Origin: Dictyostelium discoideum
Lineage: Eukaryota
DNA: 64,000 bases
Assembly: GCA_000004695.1 (NCBI GenBank)
Contig: CM000150.2
Location: 96,001 to 160,000, forward strand
Reading direction: 5' to 3'
Part shown: positions 33,578-46,745 of the stretch, piece after piece
Layout: every line of letters starts with the position of its first letter
Numbering within the stretch: the stretch's first letter is position 1
Made by a program: the position numbers and the translations under genes
The notes under the pieces: model-generated
The model's database searches: none
Seen by the model: only the letters and a program-made list of their open reading frames with translations
Told to the model about the DNA's origin: nothing

Positions 33578-36491
33578 ACTTACCAGTAGGTGGACGTCTG
33601 TTCCACCACAAACAAGTTTGGAAAGAATTGGGTCTTCCAAACTTTTGTCAAGAGGTCGTAAATGGATTAAAAGTTCATCTACTTCCAAACTTCAAGCCGA
33701 TGCCAAACCCAATTCCGATTTCAATTCCAGAGGGTCCGAAATCAGATTGCATCACAAAGGAAGTACAAGACTTGTTATTAGACGATGCCATCGAACAAGT
33801 ACTTCCAAACCGTTATTCAAAGCGCGTTTTTTACTCCAACGTGTTTACGGTTCCAAAACCTGGAACGAATCTACATCGTCCAGTTCTCGATCTAAAAAGG
33901 TTAAACACTTACATCAACAACCAATCATTCAAGATGGAAGGAATCAAGAATCTACCATCAATGGTCAAACAAGGTTATTACATGGTAAAACTCGATATCA
34001 AGAAAGCTTACCTACACGTGTTAGTAGATCCACAATACAGAGACTTATTCCGCTTCGTGTGGAAAGGTTCGCACTACCGTTGGAAAACAATGCCGTTCGG
34101 GTTATCGACAGCTCCTCGTATCTTTACAATGCTGTTAAGACCTGCACTTCGAATGTTGAGAGATATCAACGTATCCGTCATCGCTTACTTGGACGATCTA
34201 TTAATCGTAGGTTCAACAAAAGAAGAATGTTTATCCAACCTCAAAAAGACAATGAACTTACTTGTCAAACTAGGTTTCAAGTTAAATCTAGAAAAGAGTG
34301 TTCTCGAACCAACTCAATCAATTACGTTTCTCGGATTACAAATCGATTCGGTATCAATGAAACTTCTTGTTCCCAAAGAAAAGAAGAAAAGTGTAATCAA
34401 GGAAATAAGAAACTTTTTAAAACTAGATTGTTGCTCCCCAAGAAAGCTTGCTGGTTTAAAAGGAAAGCTAATCGCACTGAAAGATGCAGTCATCCCATTC
34501 AGACTTTACACTCGTCGAACAAACAAGTTTCACTCTCAGTGTCTGACTCTAGCCAACGGAGATTGGGATCAATCATTCCCCATTCCTCAAGAGGTCAAGT
34601 CAGAGATTTCACATTGGTTAACAGTTCTAAACCAATGGAATGGAAAAGAAATCAGTCTGTTTCCAAGTTACGACTATGTTCTTACAACCGATGCCTCGGA
34701 ATCAGGTGCAGGTGCCACACTCAAGAAAGGAAACAAGGTAATCAAAACTTGGTCATTCCAGTGGTCAATAACTCAATCAAACATGTCGTCAAATCGTCGA
34801 GAAATGCTCGCGCTGCTAATGGCTTATCAAGCGCTATGTCGGAAACTGAACAACTGCAAGCTGAAGATTCAAACCGACAACACTACCACTCTCTCTTACA
34901 TCAATCGCCAGGGTGGTCAAATACAAGATCTCTCAGTTCTATTCGAACAACTTTGGAAACAATGCCTCAAGAAGAAAGTGAACTTAATTGGAGAGCATAT
35001 TCCAGGATTCTTCAATGTAAAAGCCGACCACCTCAGTCGTCTTTCAGAGATGAATCACAAATCATCGACCAGAGTAATCAAGAGTTACAACTGGCAACTG
35101 AAGAAGGAAGTGTTCAATCGCATTCAACTTCAATTCGGTCAAATACAGATGGATCTGTTCGCATCTCACCTGAACCATCAAACGAACAACTACTCAACAA
35201 TCAGAATGAATGCACTCCACCTCGATTGGAGTCAATGGAAGCAATGTCTGGCCTTCCCACCACCCATTCTTTTGCCTTCTATCCTGGAGAAGATGAACTC
35301 ATCCAGTTCGAAAAAGGTTTCTATAATACTGATCTTCCCAATCTGGAGATCAGCAACTTGGTATCCGATGATTCAAGCACAAGTTCCTCGTCATCATCGT
35401 CACATGTTTCCTCAAGTACTGGGAACATTCCAAGAAGTATTGACCAAACAATCAGTAGAGTCGATACCAATCCAGATTCAACAACGTTGGAAACTGGGGA
35501 TTATTCAACTTTCCAATCTCATGTAATGTCCTTCGCTCGTACAACAAATATAAAAACAGCTGAGCTGTTAATGAAGTCTTGGGAACCTTCCACTCTCAAA
35601 GTATATAGCTCCAGTTATACAAGATTCCGCAATTTCTGTACTTTGAACTCTTTGAATCCAGCAAACATTACCTTAGTTGTTTTCATGGATTATCTTACAC
35701 ATCTGTTCAAACACAAACCTCCGTTAGCCTTCTCAACAATTAACGGTCATCGCTCTATGTTGAACCAGTTGTTACTCCTTAGGAATCAAACTGATATTGT
35801 TAATGATCCATTCATCACAAGAATTATGACTGGTATTCACAAGTTGCGTCCTTCATCTGCAAAGTATAAAGAGATATGGGATGCAAACCAAGTATTCAAG
35901 CACTTATCTACTATCAAAGTTATCCCTAAGTACACATACACTGCGCTATTAAACAAGACACTTGTACTCTGTAAAATGTTTGGTTTAGCAAGATCATCAG
36001 ACTTGGTGAAGTGGTCGTTCAAAGGTCTCATTATTACTCCTGACTCAATCAAAGGTCCAGTTATCAATGCTAAAGAACAAAGAAGTGGTGTTGTTTCAAT
36101 CTTAGAATTAACATCGTTAGATGATACAAACTCTCAAGTATGCCCTGTTCGCCACCTTGCAACATACCTTAGAGCCTCAAAAGGAAGAAGAAAGCCCCAT
36201 TCGGGTGACTCTGTCTTTATTAAGAATGAGGGTGAACCACTCCAAGTTAATGATATTAACTCAATTGTATTATCAACGCTCTCAAAGTCAGGCATTGATA
36301 TTGTCAAGTTCAAATCTCACTCTACCCGTTCCGCTATGGCTTCTCTGCTGTTGTCCAATAACGTTCCGTTCCACGTTGTCAAGAAGATGGGTCGTTGGAA
36401 ATCAAACGATACTGTAGATACCTTCTACGATAAGAGAATCATTGGTGAAAAATCTGGTGGTTTCTTAAATACTGTCGTCCAAATTTCATAA
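33414..36491 (+). CDS. DIRS long overlapping ORF with C-terminal tyrosine recombinase (1025 aa)
   Basis: As in copy b. Confidence 0.8.
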   Translation: MVITLQETVVIVNPVVGVMADLTTSMDHQVVLHQVATIPSLQTVPTTVFRRTRSKLTSRWTSVPPQTSLERIGSSKLLSRGRKWIKSSSTSKLQADAKPNSDFNSRGSEIRLHHKGSTRLVIRRCHRTSTSKPLFKARFLLQRVYGSKTWNESTSSSSRSKKVKHLHQQPIIQDGRNQESTINGQTRLLHGKTRYQESLPTRVSRSTIQRLIPLRVERFALPLENNAVRVIDSSSYLYNAVKTCTSNVERYQRIRHRLLGRSINRRFNKRRMFIQPQKDNELTCQTRFQVKSRKECSRTNSINYVSRITNRFGINETSCSQRKEEKCNQGNKKLFKTRLLLPKKACWFKRKANRTERCSHPIQTLHSSNKQVSLSVSDSSQRRLGSIIPHSSRGQVRDFTLVNSSKPMEWKRNQSVSKLRLCSYNRCLGIRCRCHTQERKQGNQNLVIPVVNNSIKHVVKSSRNARAANGLSSAMSETEQLQAEDSNRQHYHSLLHQSPGWSNTRSLSSIRTTLETMPQEESELNWRAYSRILQCKSRPPQSSFRDESQIIDQSNQELQLATEEGSVQSHSTSIRSNTDGSVRISPEPSNEQLLNNQNECTPPRLESMEAMSGLPTTHSFAFYPGEDELIQFEKGFYNTDLPNLEISNLVSDDSSTSSSSSSSHVSSSTGNIPRSIDQTISRVDTNPDSTTLETGDYSTFQSHVMSFARTTNIKTAELLMKSWEPSTLKVYSSSYTRFRNFCTLNSLNPANITLVVFMDYLTHLFKHKPPLAFSTINGHRSMLNQLLLLRNQTDIVNDPFITRIMTGIHKLRPSSAKYKEIWDANQVFKHLSTIKVIPKYTYTALLNKTLVLCKMFGLARSSDLVKWSFKGLIITPDSIKGPVINAKEQRSGVVSILELTSLDDTNSQVCPVRHLATYLRASKGRRKPHSGDSVFIKNEGEPLQVNDINSIVLSTLSKSGIDIVKFKSHSTRSAMASLLLSNNVPFHVVKKMGRWKSNDTVDTFYDKRIIGEKSGGFLNTVVQIS
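33628..35526 (+). CDS. DIRS RT / RNase H (632 aa)
   Basis: YLDDLLIVG; TDASESGAG. Confidence 0.85.
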   Translation: MGLPNFCQEVVNGLKVHLLPNFKPMPNPIPISIPEGPKSDCITKEVQDLLLDDAIEQVLPNRYSKRVFYSNVFTVPKPGTNLHRPVLDLKRLNTYINNQSFKMEGIKNLPSMVKQGYYMVKLDIKKAYLHVLVDPQYRDLFRFVWKGSHYRWKTMPFGLSTAPRIFTMLLRPALRMLRDINVSVIAYLDDLLIVGSTKEECLSNLKKTMNLLVKLGFKLNLEKSVLEPTQSITFLGLQIDSVSMKLLVPKEKKKSVIKEIRNFLKLDCCSPRKLAGLKGKLIALKDAVIPFRLYTRRTNKFHSQCLTLANGDWDQSFPIPQEVKSEISHWLTVLNQWNGKEISLFPSYDYVLTTDASESGAGATLKKGNKVIKTWSFQWSITQSNMSSNRREMLALLMAYQALCRKLNNCKLKIQTDNTTTLSYINRQGGQIQDLSVLFEQLWKQCLKKKVNLIGEHIPGFFNVKADHLSRLSEMNHKSSTRVIKSYNWQLKKEVFNRIQLQFGQIQMDLFASHLNHQTNNYSTIRMNALHLDWSQWKQCLAFPPPILLPSILEKMNSSSSKKVSIILIFPIWRSATWYPMIQAQVPRHHRHMFPQVLGTFQEVLTKQSVESIPIQIQQRWKLGIIQLSNLM

Positions 36492-36945
36492 TATATATAT
36501 ATATATGATAATATAAATTAAAAATTTAATTTATTAAATTATATTTTATATTAAATATATATATATATATTGGTCCCATCCCACCCGCCCTTAGTCGGAA
36601 TTCCATAAATCAAATTGTTTTAGTTTTTAGTGCCACTATTTATACGTTTTTATTTTCTCAAAAATTTCGCAAAACTCAAAAAAATAAGAGTTTTCGACCC
36701 TTCACAACTTTGTGCATAGTGTCGGTTCGGAATTTTTCAGTTTTTCGACCTTGCGCAATGATCGCGTCATTGTGCCGGTTCGAAATTTTTACTTTTCTTT
36801 CGAAAATTTTTTATTCTTCAATTGTTCTAGAACATTCTAAAAAATTATTTTAAATATTTGGGAAATTCAAATAAATAAATGTTATTCATAATATATATAT
36901 ATATATTTAATATAAAATATAATTTAATAAATTAAATTTTTAAGT

Positions 36946-39900
36946 GTATGTGTACTTAGGGATGACTTTGATAGTAGATAAGTGCTTGAATACTTGATTT
37001 GCATCCCATATCTCTTTATACTTTGCTGATGAAGGGCGCAACTTGTGAATACCAGTCATAATTCTTGTAATGAATGGATCATTAACAATATCAGTTTGAT
37101 TCCTAAGGAGTAACAACTGATTCAACATAGAGCGATGACCGTTAATTGTTGAGAAGGCTAACGGAGGTTTGTGCTTGAACAGATGTGTAAGATAATCCAT
37201 GAAAACAACTAAGGTAATGTTTGCTGGATTCAAAGAGTTCAAAGTACAGAAATTGCGGAATCTTGTATAACTGGAGCTATATACTTTGAGAGTTGAAGGT
37301 TCCCAAGACTTCATTAACAGCTCAGCTGTTTTTGTATTTGTTGTACGAGCGAATGACATTACATGAGATTGGAAAGTTGAATAATCCCCAGCTTCCAACG
37401 TTGTTGAATCTGGATTGGTATCGACTCTACTGATTGTTTGGTCAATACTTCTTGGAATGTTCCCAGTATTTGAGGAAACATGTGACGATGATGACGAGGA
37501 ACTTGAGCTTGAATCATCGGATACCAAGTTGCTGATCTCCAGATTGGGAAGATCAGTATTATAGAAACCTTCTTCGAACTGGATGAATTCATCTTCTCCA
37601 GGATAGAAGGCAAAAGAATGGGTGGTGGGAAGGCTAGACATTGCTTCCATTGACTCCAATCGAGGTGGAGTGCATTCATTCTGATTGTTGAGTAGTTGTT
37701 CGTTTGATGGTTGAGATGAGATGCGAACAGATCCATCTGTATTTGACCGAATTGGAGTTGGATGCGATTGAACACTTCCTTCTTCAGTTGCCAGTTGTAA
37801 CTCTTGATTACTCTGGTCGATGATTTGTGATTCATCTCTGAAAGACGACTGAGGTAGTCGGCTTTTACATTGAAGAATCCTGGAATATGCTCTCCAATCA
37901 AGTTCACTTTCTTCTTGAGGCATTGTTTCCATAGTTGTTCGAATAGAACTGAGAGATCCTGTATCTGACCACCCTGGCGATTGATGTAAGAGAGAGTGGT
38001 AGTGTTGTCGGTTTGAATCTTCAGCTTGCAGTTGTTCAGTTTCCGACATAGCGCTTGATAGGCCATTAGCAGCGCGAGCATTTCTCGACGATTTGACGAC
38101 ATGTTTGATTGAGTTGTTGACCACTGGAATGACCAAGTTTTGATTACCTTGTTTCCTTTCTTGAGTGTGGCACCTGCACCTGATTCCGAGGCATCGGTTG
38201 TAAGAACATAGTCGTAACTTGGAAACAGACTGATTTCTTTTCCATTCCATTGGTTTAGAACTGTTAACCAATGTGAAATCTCTGACTTGACCTCTTGAGG
38301 AATGGGGAATGATTGATCCCAATCTCCATTGGCTAGAGTCAGACACTGAGAGTGAAACTTGTTTGTTCGACGAGTGTAAAGTCTGAATGGGATGACTGCA
38401 TCTTTCAGTGCGATTAACTTTCCTTTTAAACCAGCAAGCTTTCTTGGGGAGCAACAATCTAGTTTTAAAAAGTTTCTTATTTCTTTGATGACACTTTTCT
38501 TCTTTTCTTTGGGAACAAGAAGCTTCATTGATACCGAATCGATTTGTAATCCGAGAAAAGTAATTGATTGAGTTGGTTCGAGAACACTCTTTTCTAGATT
38601 TAACTTGAAGCCTAGTTTGACAAGTAAGTCCATAGTCTTTTTGAGGTTGGATAAACATTCTTCTTTTGTTGAACCGACGATTAATAGATCGTCCAAGTAA
38701 GCGATGACGGATACGTTGATATCTCTCAACATTCGAAGTACAGGTCTTAGCAGCATTGTAAAGATACGAGGAGCTGTCGATAACCCGAATGGCATTGTTT
38801 TCCAACGGTAGTGCGAACCTTTCCACACGAAGCGGAATAAGTCTCTGTATTGTGGGTCTACTAACACGTGGAGGTAGGCTTTCTTGATATCGAGTTTTAC
38901 CATGTAATAACCTTGTTTGACCATTGACGGTAGATTCTTGATTCCTTCCATCTTGAATGATTGGTTGTTGATGAAGGTGTTTAACCTTTTTAAATCTAGA
39001 ACTGGACGATGTAGATTCGTTCCAGGTTTTGGAACCGTAAACACGTTGGAGTAAAAAACGCGCTTTGAATAACGGTTTGGAAGTACTTGTTCGATAGCAT
39101 CGTCTAATAACAAGTCTTGTACTTCCTTTGTGATGCAATCTGATTTGGGACCCTCTGGAATTGAAATCGGAATTGGGTTTAGCATCGGCTTGAAATTTGG
39201 AAGCAGATGGACTTTTAATCCATTTACGACCTCTTGACAAAAGTTTGGAAGACCCAATTCTTTCCAAACTTGTTTGTGGTTGAACAGACGTCCACCTACT
39301 GGTAAGTTTACTTCTTGTTCTTCTGAAAACGGTTGTTGGTACCGTTGGCAGACTTGGTATTGTTGCTACCTGATGCAACATTACTTGGTGATCCATTGAA
39401 GTTGTTAGATCGGCCATTACTCCCACTACTGGATTTACTATTGCTACTGTTTCCTGTAGTGTTATTACCACTTGAGTTAACTGATTTCTTGACATTGGAC
39501 TTGGAATGATAATTCAATTTTAACAATGATTGTTTAGCTTCGTTGTTCTTTCTGATTGACTTGGCTAGCTTTCTTACACGTTCAGTTTCAGTTTCATCAA
39601 ACATCTTTGGTGTATCCTTGATCTTAATTGGTAAGAGTACTTCAGAACCATAGATTTCTTTAGCGATGTTGTTACGACGGACACGACTAAGCGATGCTTG
39701 AGCATTAACGGCTAAGACGATTGCACTCTGAGTTAAATAACTAATAAGTTCTACATCGACATTAGAGCTATCAGATGATAACATACTTGACATGAGAAGC
39801 AAAGGTTTTAAGCTATCGTTGATTCGCTTTTCGACAATCAACAAGTCAGTATCATTGTTCTTGACGTTGGATGATACAGTAATACCTTCAGGTGTACCGA

Positions 39901-40752
39901 ATGGAGCGACATTCACTTGGAAGTTAGATGGAAAGTTGAATACTTTATTCAATTCGGATATCTCATCTTTCTTGAGGATACATTCTTCGACAAGTAAACC
40001 TTGATTGTTTACCATATGTTTGTACTGACCAAGTAAAGTATCGGATAATTGATAATCGGTTGGAACATCGACATTGTTACTTGATTCATCTTCACTTTGT
40101 TCATTCTCGGTGTCAGAGTTATCATGAGAAGGTTGGCTACGTGAATTGGTATTAGATGAGAACATAGGTTCTTTCATGAATCTAGTAAAGGCTAAGGAAA
40201 GGTTGTTGATTTGATCCTCCATTGATTTCATTCTTAAATCAAAGGATTCAGCGCTATTAGAGGCAGAGGTATTGCTACTAGAGGCTTCATTATTATTATC
40301 AGTGGTAGACATATTTTATTGTTGATATCTAAAATTATAATATGAGAAAAATAATAATATTAAAAATTTATAAAGAGAAATAATTATTTGTATAAAATTT
40401 GTGTGTGTGTGTATCTTAAATATATATAGGAGGAATTCCCAAATAAAAATTGTTTTTAGTTTTTAGTGCTACTATTTATACGTTTTTATTTTCTTAAAAA
40501 TTTCGCAAAACTCAAAAAAATAAGAGTTTTCGACCCTTCACAACTTTGTGCATAGTGTCGGTTCGGAATTTTTCAGTTTTTCGACCTTGCGCAATGATCG
40601 CGTCATTGTGCCGGTTCGAAATTTTTACTTTTCTTTCGAAAATTTTTTATTCTTCGAATGTTCTAGAACATTCTAAAAAATTATCTTAAATATTTGGGAA
40701 ATTCAAATAAATAAATGTTATTCATAATATATATATATATATGATAATATAA
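36946..40752 (-). mobile_element. DIRS copy i, 3'-truncated (recombinase lacks its last ~180 aa, no 3' ITR), tail-to-tail with copy h
   Basis: ORFs 39308-40312, 37359-39257, 36940-39495; 5' ITR 40313-40752. Confidence 0.85.
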
Positions 40753-42267
40753 AAGACTGATCAATACCCATCACTAATTTACCATTAGGGCAGGGGATCT
40801 CACGGATACTAGATTGCGCAAAACTTCCCGTATTCTCATCAATAAGAAGATATGTGGTGATTGTATCCACAGTGGGGGCTGGGATGGTCCCAATGCCGTG
40901 TTCCAGGCCTGATAAAACTTATCAGAATTAGAACCGCCATCTTGCACAACTATCGCTGGTGTTAATGTAGCAGCCGCAACAAACAACCCTTGATCAAATT
41001 TTAATCTATTTCCTGCCTTCGCACTAATACGCACATCTCAACTATCGGAAGCAGGACCCGCCATCATATTTAAAATGATAGGTGTGCCGCCATCTTCCAT
41101 GTACGCTATGAGTGTTGCGTTCTGAATTGTAGGACCTAGTGCACCATTACCGTAAGCTTGAATGAACTGGCCCTTAGGGGTAGGAATACCGTTATCGCGC
41201 CTGGAGCTGATAATATTTCGTTGTCCGTAACATCCTGTTTCGTGTAAGCCGTGTGAGTAGCCACTGATACTTTGGGTGCTGTAAAGACGTCTTTCACAAT
41301 GTCATTAATCTCTGCAGCGGTCACAACACCGCCCTGGATAACTTCCTCTATGTCTGGTAATCCTCCGTTACCACCACCACCGCCCGCTAATGCGATTATA
41401 TCGCCTAACGTTGCTTTCCTTAAGGCTAATCGTCCATCTTCATTTAGTTGGGAAATCGCAACAATCTCCTGACCCGTTATAGTTTGAGCTGCTGGTAATG
41501 TAGAAAATTTAACAGCCATAATAACGCTCCATAATTCAACCGATTTAAATGCTAAAATATCAATATATTGCAATGGTCAAAGCATGGGGTTTTATAGGAG
41601 CCCTACTAGACTCTCTCGTTTAAACTTTATACACTACTTATTATTATTGATTTAAAAATGAGTGCAGGACTCATTAAGGCTTGCACAGGGAATTGAACCC
41701 CAATCCACGTTATCGTTGGTGGCTCTAGGCCGCTGTGAGCTACATACATTCTGTCAGAAAGGTAACCTACGTCCCTCCAACTTTAACGCACTCTATTGTT
41801 GAGCTATACAAGCATAACATAAATGACCCAGCCTCGCAGTATTTATTACATTCGCAGCGGCGATGCACGCCTAACCACACAGTTTATGAACCCACTAGAT
41901 TATCAGATCCCGACTGGAAGTTTTGTCACGAACTCTATTGTAGGGTAATTAATCCTACGGTCAAGCCGTCTACCAATTAGTTAAGTACCTAGTAAATGTT
42001 CAACGATTAAGACATCATCCTCTGGACTCAGTCCGTATCTGTTCTTTGCGTGTCTGGCTATTACTGGCTTATTTGTTTGCAGTGGGTCTTTGCTATCATC
42101 GCTGAGACTTGGATGATAAAAATACCAACCAAGTCTTGTTCACCGCTCCACGTATAAGGGGAAAATATTGTCTCCTCAAGACAGCCCGAAGGTAGTCGGT
42201 GGCTAACCACAGCCCAACTCACCTTTTGCTCAGGATTTACCCTAAAAGGCTATTAACTTTATAACCT
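40753..42267. other. Prokaryote/phage-like island D
   Basis: GC-rich; gene with a GGAG RBS; degenerate tRNA-like stretch at about 41660-41760. Confidence 0.65.
41136..41519 (-). CDS. Phage-like structural-type protein (127 aa, MAVKFSTLPAAQTITGQEIVAISQLNEDGRLALRKATLGDIIALAGGGGGNGGLPDIEEV...)
   Basis: RBS ttatGGAGcgttattATG; Gly-rich central loop; function not recognisable. Confidence 0.4.
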   Translation of the reverse strand: MAVKFSTLPAAQTITGQEIVAISQLNEDGRLALRKATLGDIIALAGGGGGNGGLPDIEEVIQGGVVTAAEINDIVKDVFTAPKVSVATHTAYTKQDVTDNEILSAPGAITVFLPLRASSFKLTVMVH

Positions 42268-42850
42268 CATCTTTGAGTGCGATTAGCTTTCCTTTTAAAC
42301 CAGCAAGCTTTCTTGGGGAGCAACAATCTAGTTTTAAAAGTTTCTTATTTCCTTGATGACACTTTTCTTCTTTTCTTTGGGAACAAGAAGCTTCATTGAT
42401 TTTGAATCGATTTGTAATCCGAGAAATGTAATTGATTGAGTTGGTTCAAGAACAATCTTTTCTAGATTCAGCTTGAAACCTAGTTTGACAAGTAAGTCCA
42501 TTGTCTTTTTGAGGTTGGATAAACATTCTTCTTTTGTTGAACCGACGATTAATAGATCGTCCAAGTAAGCGATTACGGACACGTTGATATCTCTCAACAT
42601 TCGAAGTACATGTCTTAACAACATTGTAAAGATACGAGGAGCTGTCGATAACCCGAACGGCATTGTTTTCCAACGGTAGTGCGAACCTTTCCACACGAAG
42701 CGGAATAAGTCTCTGTATTGCGGATCTACTAAAACGTGGAGGTAGGCTTTCTTGATATCGAGTTTTACCATGTAATAACCTTGTTTGACCATTGACGGTA
42801 GATTCTTGATTCCTTCCATCTTGAATGATTGGTTGTTGATGTAAGTGTTT
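42268..42850 (-). mobile_element. DIRS copy j: RT-ORF fragment
   Basis: ORF 42334-42819 matches the RT YLDD region. Confidence 0.8.
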
Positions 42851-43765
42851 ATTTATATTATCATATATATATATATTATGAATAACATTTATTTATTTGA
42901 ATTTCCCAAATATTTAAGATAATTTTTTAGAATGTTCTAGAACATTTGAAGAATAAAAAATTTTCAAAAGAAAAGTAAAAATTTCGAACAGGCACAATGA
43001 CGAGATAATTGCGCAAGGTCGAAAAACATAAAAATACCGAACCGACACAATGCACAAATTTGTGAAGGGTCGAAAACACTTATTTTTTTGAGTTTTGCGA
43101 AATTTTTAAGAAAATAAAAACGTATAAATAGTAGCACTAAAAACTAAAACAATTTGATTTATTTTATTTGGGAATTCCTCCTATATATATTTAAGATATA
43201 CACACACACAAATTTTATACAAATAATTATTTCTCTTTATTAATTTTTAATATTATTATTTTTCTCATATTATAATTTTAGATATCAAAAATAAAATATG
43301 TCTACAACTGTTAATAATAATTATACCTCTAGTAGTAGTACCTCTGCCTCTAATAGCGCTGAATCCTTTGATTTAAGAATGAAATCAATGGAGGATCAAA
43401 TCAACAACCTTTCTTTAGACTTTACAAGATTCATGAAAGAACCTATGTTCTCATCTAATACCAATTCACGTAGCCAACCTTCTCATGATGATTCTGACAC
43501 TGAGAATGAACAAAGTGAAGATGAATCAAGTAACAATGTCGATGTTCCAACCGATTATAAATTATCCGATACCTTACTTGGTCAGTACAAACATATGGTA
43601 AACAATCAAGGTTTACTCGTCGAAGAAGAATGTATCCTCAAGAAAGATGAGATATCCGAATTGAATAAAGTATTCAACTTTCCATCCAACTTCCAAGTCA
43701 ACGTCGCTCCATTCGGTACACCTGAAGGTATTACTGTATCATCCAACGTCAAGAACAATGATTAA
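42851..43765 (+). mobile_element. DIRS copy k: L-ITR plus ORF1 N-terminal 155 aa, truncated
   Basis: ORF 43298-43765. Confidence 0.8.
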
Positions 43766-43769
43766 TGTA

Positions 43770-44419
43770 AAAAAATAAAAAAAAATAATAAAAAAAATGA
43801 AACCATAAAACATAAATAAAATGATATGTTTTATTTTTTAATTTAATTTTGTATAAATATTTGTGAATACAATGAGAAATAATATACCGGGTTACACTGA
43901 ATTATATAAATAATAACATAATCTTTCTGAAAAACTTATTAATTTTTTTTTTTTTTTTTTTTTATTTTTTTATTTTTTTTTTTTTTAGTAATTGTTGACT
44001 AAAACCTATAAATATTTTCATTTATGTAACTACTGTATTCTAAACTTAACTATAATTATATATTTGATATGTGTTTATTAATAATTTACCATTATAAATT
44101 GTAAAATAATTTTTAATTTTTTTTTTTTTTACCTTTTTTTTTATCTTTAATTTTTTTTTATCTTTTTTTTTTAACCTTTTTTTTTTATCTTTTTTTAACC
44201 TTTTTTTTATCTTTTTTTTTTTTTTTCTAAAATATTATTGCTACATTTGTTGTTAAAAAAAAATAGGAATTTTATTTTTTTTTTATATTTTTTTTCATCA
44301 CACATTCACAAACATGCTTTATTTTTTAAAAAAAAAATATTTAAATTAAAAAAACATGCTTTATTTTTTTTTACAAAAATAAATTTTTTTTTTTTTATTT
44401 TTTTTTTTAAACCTATAAA
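43770..44419. repeat. Low-complexity poly-T / (T)nATC / (T)nAACC tracts
   Basis: Read directly. Confidence 0.7.
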
Positions 44420-45121
44420 CACAGCAAAGAAAAATGCACCTTTAAAGCAAATTTAAAGTAAAGTTGATTTAAATTGGATTTAAATTGAATTTAAAGCCGC
44501 GTTTAAAAAATTCATTTTTAAGGTAATTTTTAAGGTAATTTTTAAGATATTTAAAAATGCCTTTAAAATTTGCTTAAAAATTTATTTTAAAGGTAATTTT
44601 AAAGGTGATTTTTAAGGTAATTTTTAAAATGATTTTTAAGATATTTAAAAATACCTTTAAAATTTATTTTAAATTAATTTTAAATAGGATTTAAAGTAGA
44701 TTTAAAGTAGATTTAAAGTGAATTTAAATTTCCTTAATATATAAATTTAAGGTTTTTAATAAAAAAGATCTAATTATAGATAAAAAAAATGGGGATAAAA
44801 TATTCTATCATTTTTAAATTTTCATCAAAGCAATCAAATGGTCGGGGGATCGAATCCCTTTTGGTAATTTTTGAAAAAATTAAAAAAAAAAAATTTAAAA
44901 AATTTATCCGTTAAATAACGGCTTCGAACTCAGGACCTCGCTTTTAAAGCGATTAAAAAGGTAATTTTAAAGGTAATTTTAAAGGTAATTTTAAAGGTGA
45001 TTTTAAAGTAACCTTAAAAATTACCTTTCAAATTACCTTTAAAATTGCTTTAATTCAGGACTTTAAAGCAAATTTAAATTTAATTTAAAGCGAATTTAAA
45101 GGTGGTTTTTTCTTTGCTGTG
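44420..45121 (+). mobile_element. TIR hairpin element (B-end to A-end), complete
   Basis: CACAGCAAAGAAAAATGCACC ... GGTGGTTTTTTCTTTGCTGTG. Confidence 0.75.
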
Positions 45122-45470
45122 AAATATTTTGCTTTTTTTTTTTTTTTTTTTTTTTTATTATTTTTTTTTACCAACACATAACGACTCTTCCTTACTTATA
45201 ATATATAAGCAAATAACATTAAAAAAATTGTTAAATTATTTACATAACTTTTACGTAAAAACGAACGGATTTTTATTTTTATTTTTATTTTTTTTCAATT
45301 TTTTTTTTTTTTGTTTCGGTTATTATTTTTCAGACTTAAATTATTATTTATAAATTAAATATAAAAAATAATATTGCATCATCTGGAAATGGTAATTATT
45401 TAAATTGATATTATCCAACTTCGCTTATTTTAAATAAAAATGAAACTGCACTAAATCAAAACTGGTAAGG

Positions 45471-46024
45471 TAAGATGATTTTTAAGGTAATTTTTAAGAT
45501 AATTTTTAAGATATTTAAAAAATACCTTTAAAATTTATTTTAAATTAATTTTAAATAGGATTTAAAGTAGATTTAAAGTATATTTAAAGTGAATTTAAAT
45601 TTCCTTTAAGTATAAATTTAAGGTTTTTAATTAAAAAGATCCATTTTTAGATCAAAAAAATGGGGATAAAATATTCTACCATATTTAAATTTTCATCAAA
45701 GCAATCAAATGGTGTAATGGTTGATGAGACTATCCTTTGATAGAGGGTCGGGGGATCGAATCCCTTTTGGTAATTTTTGAGAAATTAAAAAAAAAAATTT
45801 TAAAAAATTTATCCGTTAAATAACGGCTTCGAACCCAGGACCTCGCTTTTAAAGCGATTAAAAAGGTAATTTTAAAGGTAATTTTAAAGGTAATTTTTAA
45901 GGTGATTTTAAAGTAACCTTAAAAATTACCTTTAAAATTACCTTAAAAATTGCTTTAATTCAGGACTTTAAATTCGCTTTAAATTAAATTTAAATTTGCT
46001 TTAAAGGTGGTTTTTTCTTCGCTG
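45471..46024 (+). mobile_element. TIR hairpin element, 5'-truncated; its A-end terminus ends 2 bp from the stop codon of the adjacent gene paralog
   Basis: ...GGTGGTTTTTTCTTCGCTGTG at 46004-46024. Confidence 0.7.
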
Positions 46025-46026
46025 TG

Positions 46027-46745
46027 TTAATGCCGATTTTTTTCATTTTTTGTTTTGTTTCTAATTTTATTTTGAGGATTTGAAAAATCTTGTTTATTTG
46101 GTTTTGAATTGTGAAAGTCAATAATATCTTTTTGATTTCTAAAATTTCCTTCTTTTAATAAATAATCGACACCTCTTGGTTTATCACATGTATGACATGA
46201 GAAATCATTGCAATTATAATGGTTAATCCTACAAGATGATCTAAATTCTGTTATATGCATTGTTAATCCATATGGTATAATTTCATAATCATTTTCATTA
46301 TTATCTTTAATTTTTAATTTATTATTAAATTGCGCTGAAAATAATTTTTTAATTGTTTGATGTATATTGTGAAACCATTCTTTTGGAACAATAAAAAAAA
46401 CAATTTTATTATTTTTAAAAAATGGACCAACATAATTTTCAAAATCTACCAATAATGTATAATCTGATCTACCTTGATGACTCATTCCTTCACTAAATAT
46501 TCTTAATAAAATAAATTTATATAAAATTGAATTTTTTATTTTATTAAACTGTTCTCCAGATTTATAATTTTTATAAATACCTTGCTCATAGTCTTTTGAG
46601 AAATCTAAATATTCTAAAAAATTTTTTTTTTCAATTAATAATTTAACAACTGAATAAATTTCAAAATAAAAAATTGACTCTTCATTTGTAACTCAAAAAG
46701 TGACCATCGATAGGTAAATTTGCTAAAAATATAGAATCCATACAC
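46027..46745 (-). pseudogene. Diverged paralog (~45% identity, C-terminal domain only) of the Cys-rich gene family; in-frame stops near the N-terminus; bounded on both sides by outer TIR ends
   Basis: ORF 46027-46485 (…PYGLTMHITEFRSSCRINHYNCNDFSCHTCDKPRG…) plus upstream MDSIFLANLPIDGHFLSYK*. Confidence 0.5.

Larger units (their letters stand above)
32121..36945 (+). mobile_element. DIRS copy h, apparently intact
   Basis: ITRs plus three full-length ORFs. Confidence 0.9.

Noticed and set aside
41660-41760. Possible minus-strand tRNA (TAGCTCA...GGTTCAATTCC) in island D
   Set aside because: D- and T-loop-like motifs are present, but I could not build a paired acceptor stem or a standard 7-nt anticodon loop by hand. 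Needs tRNAscan-SE.
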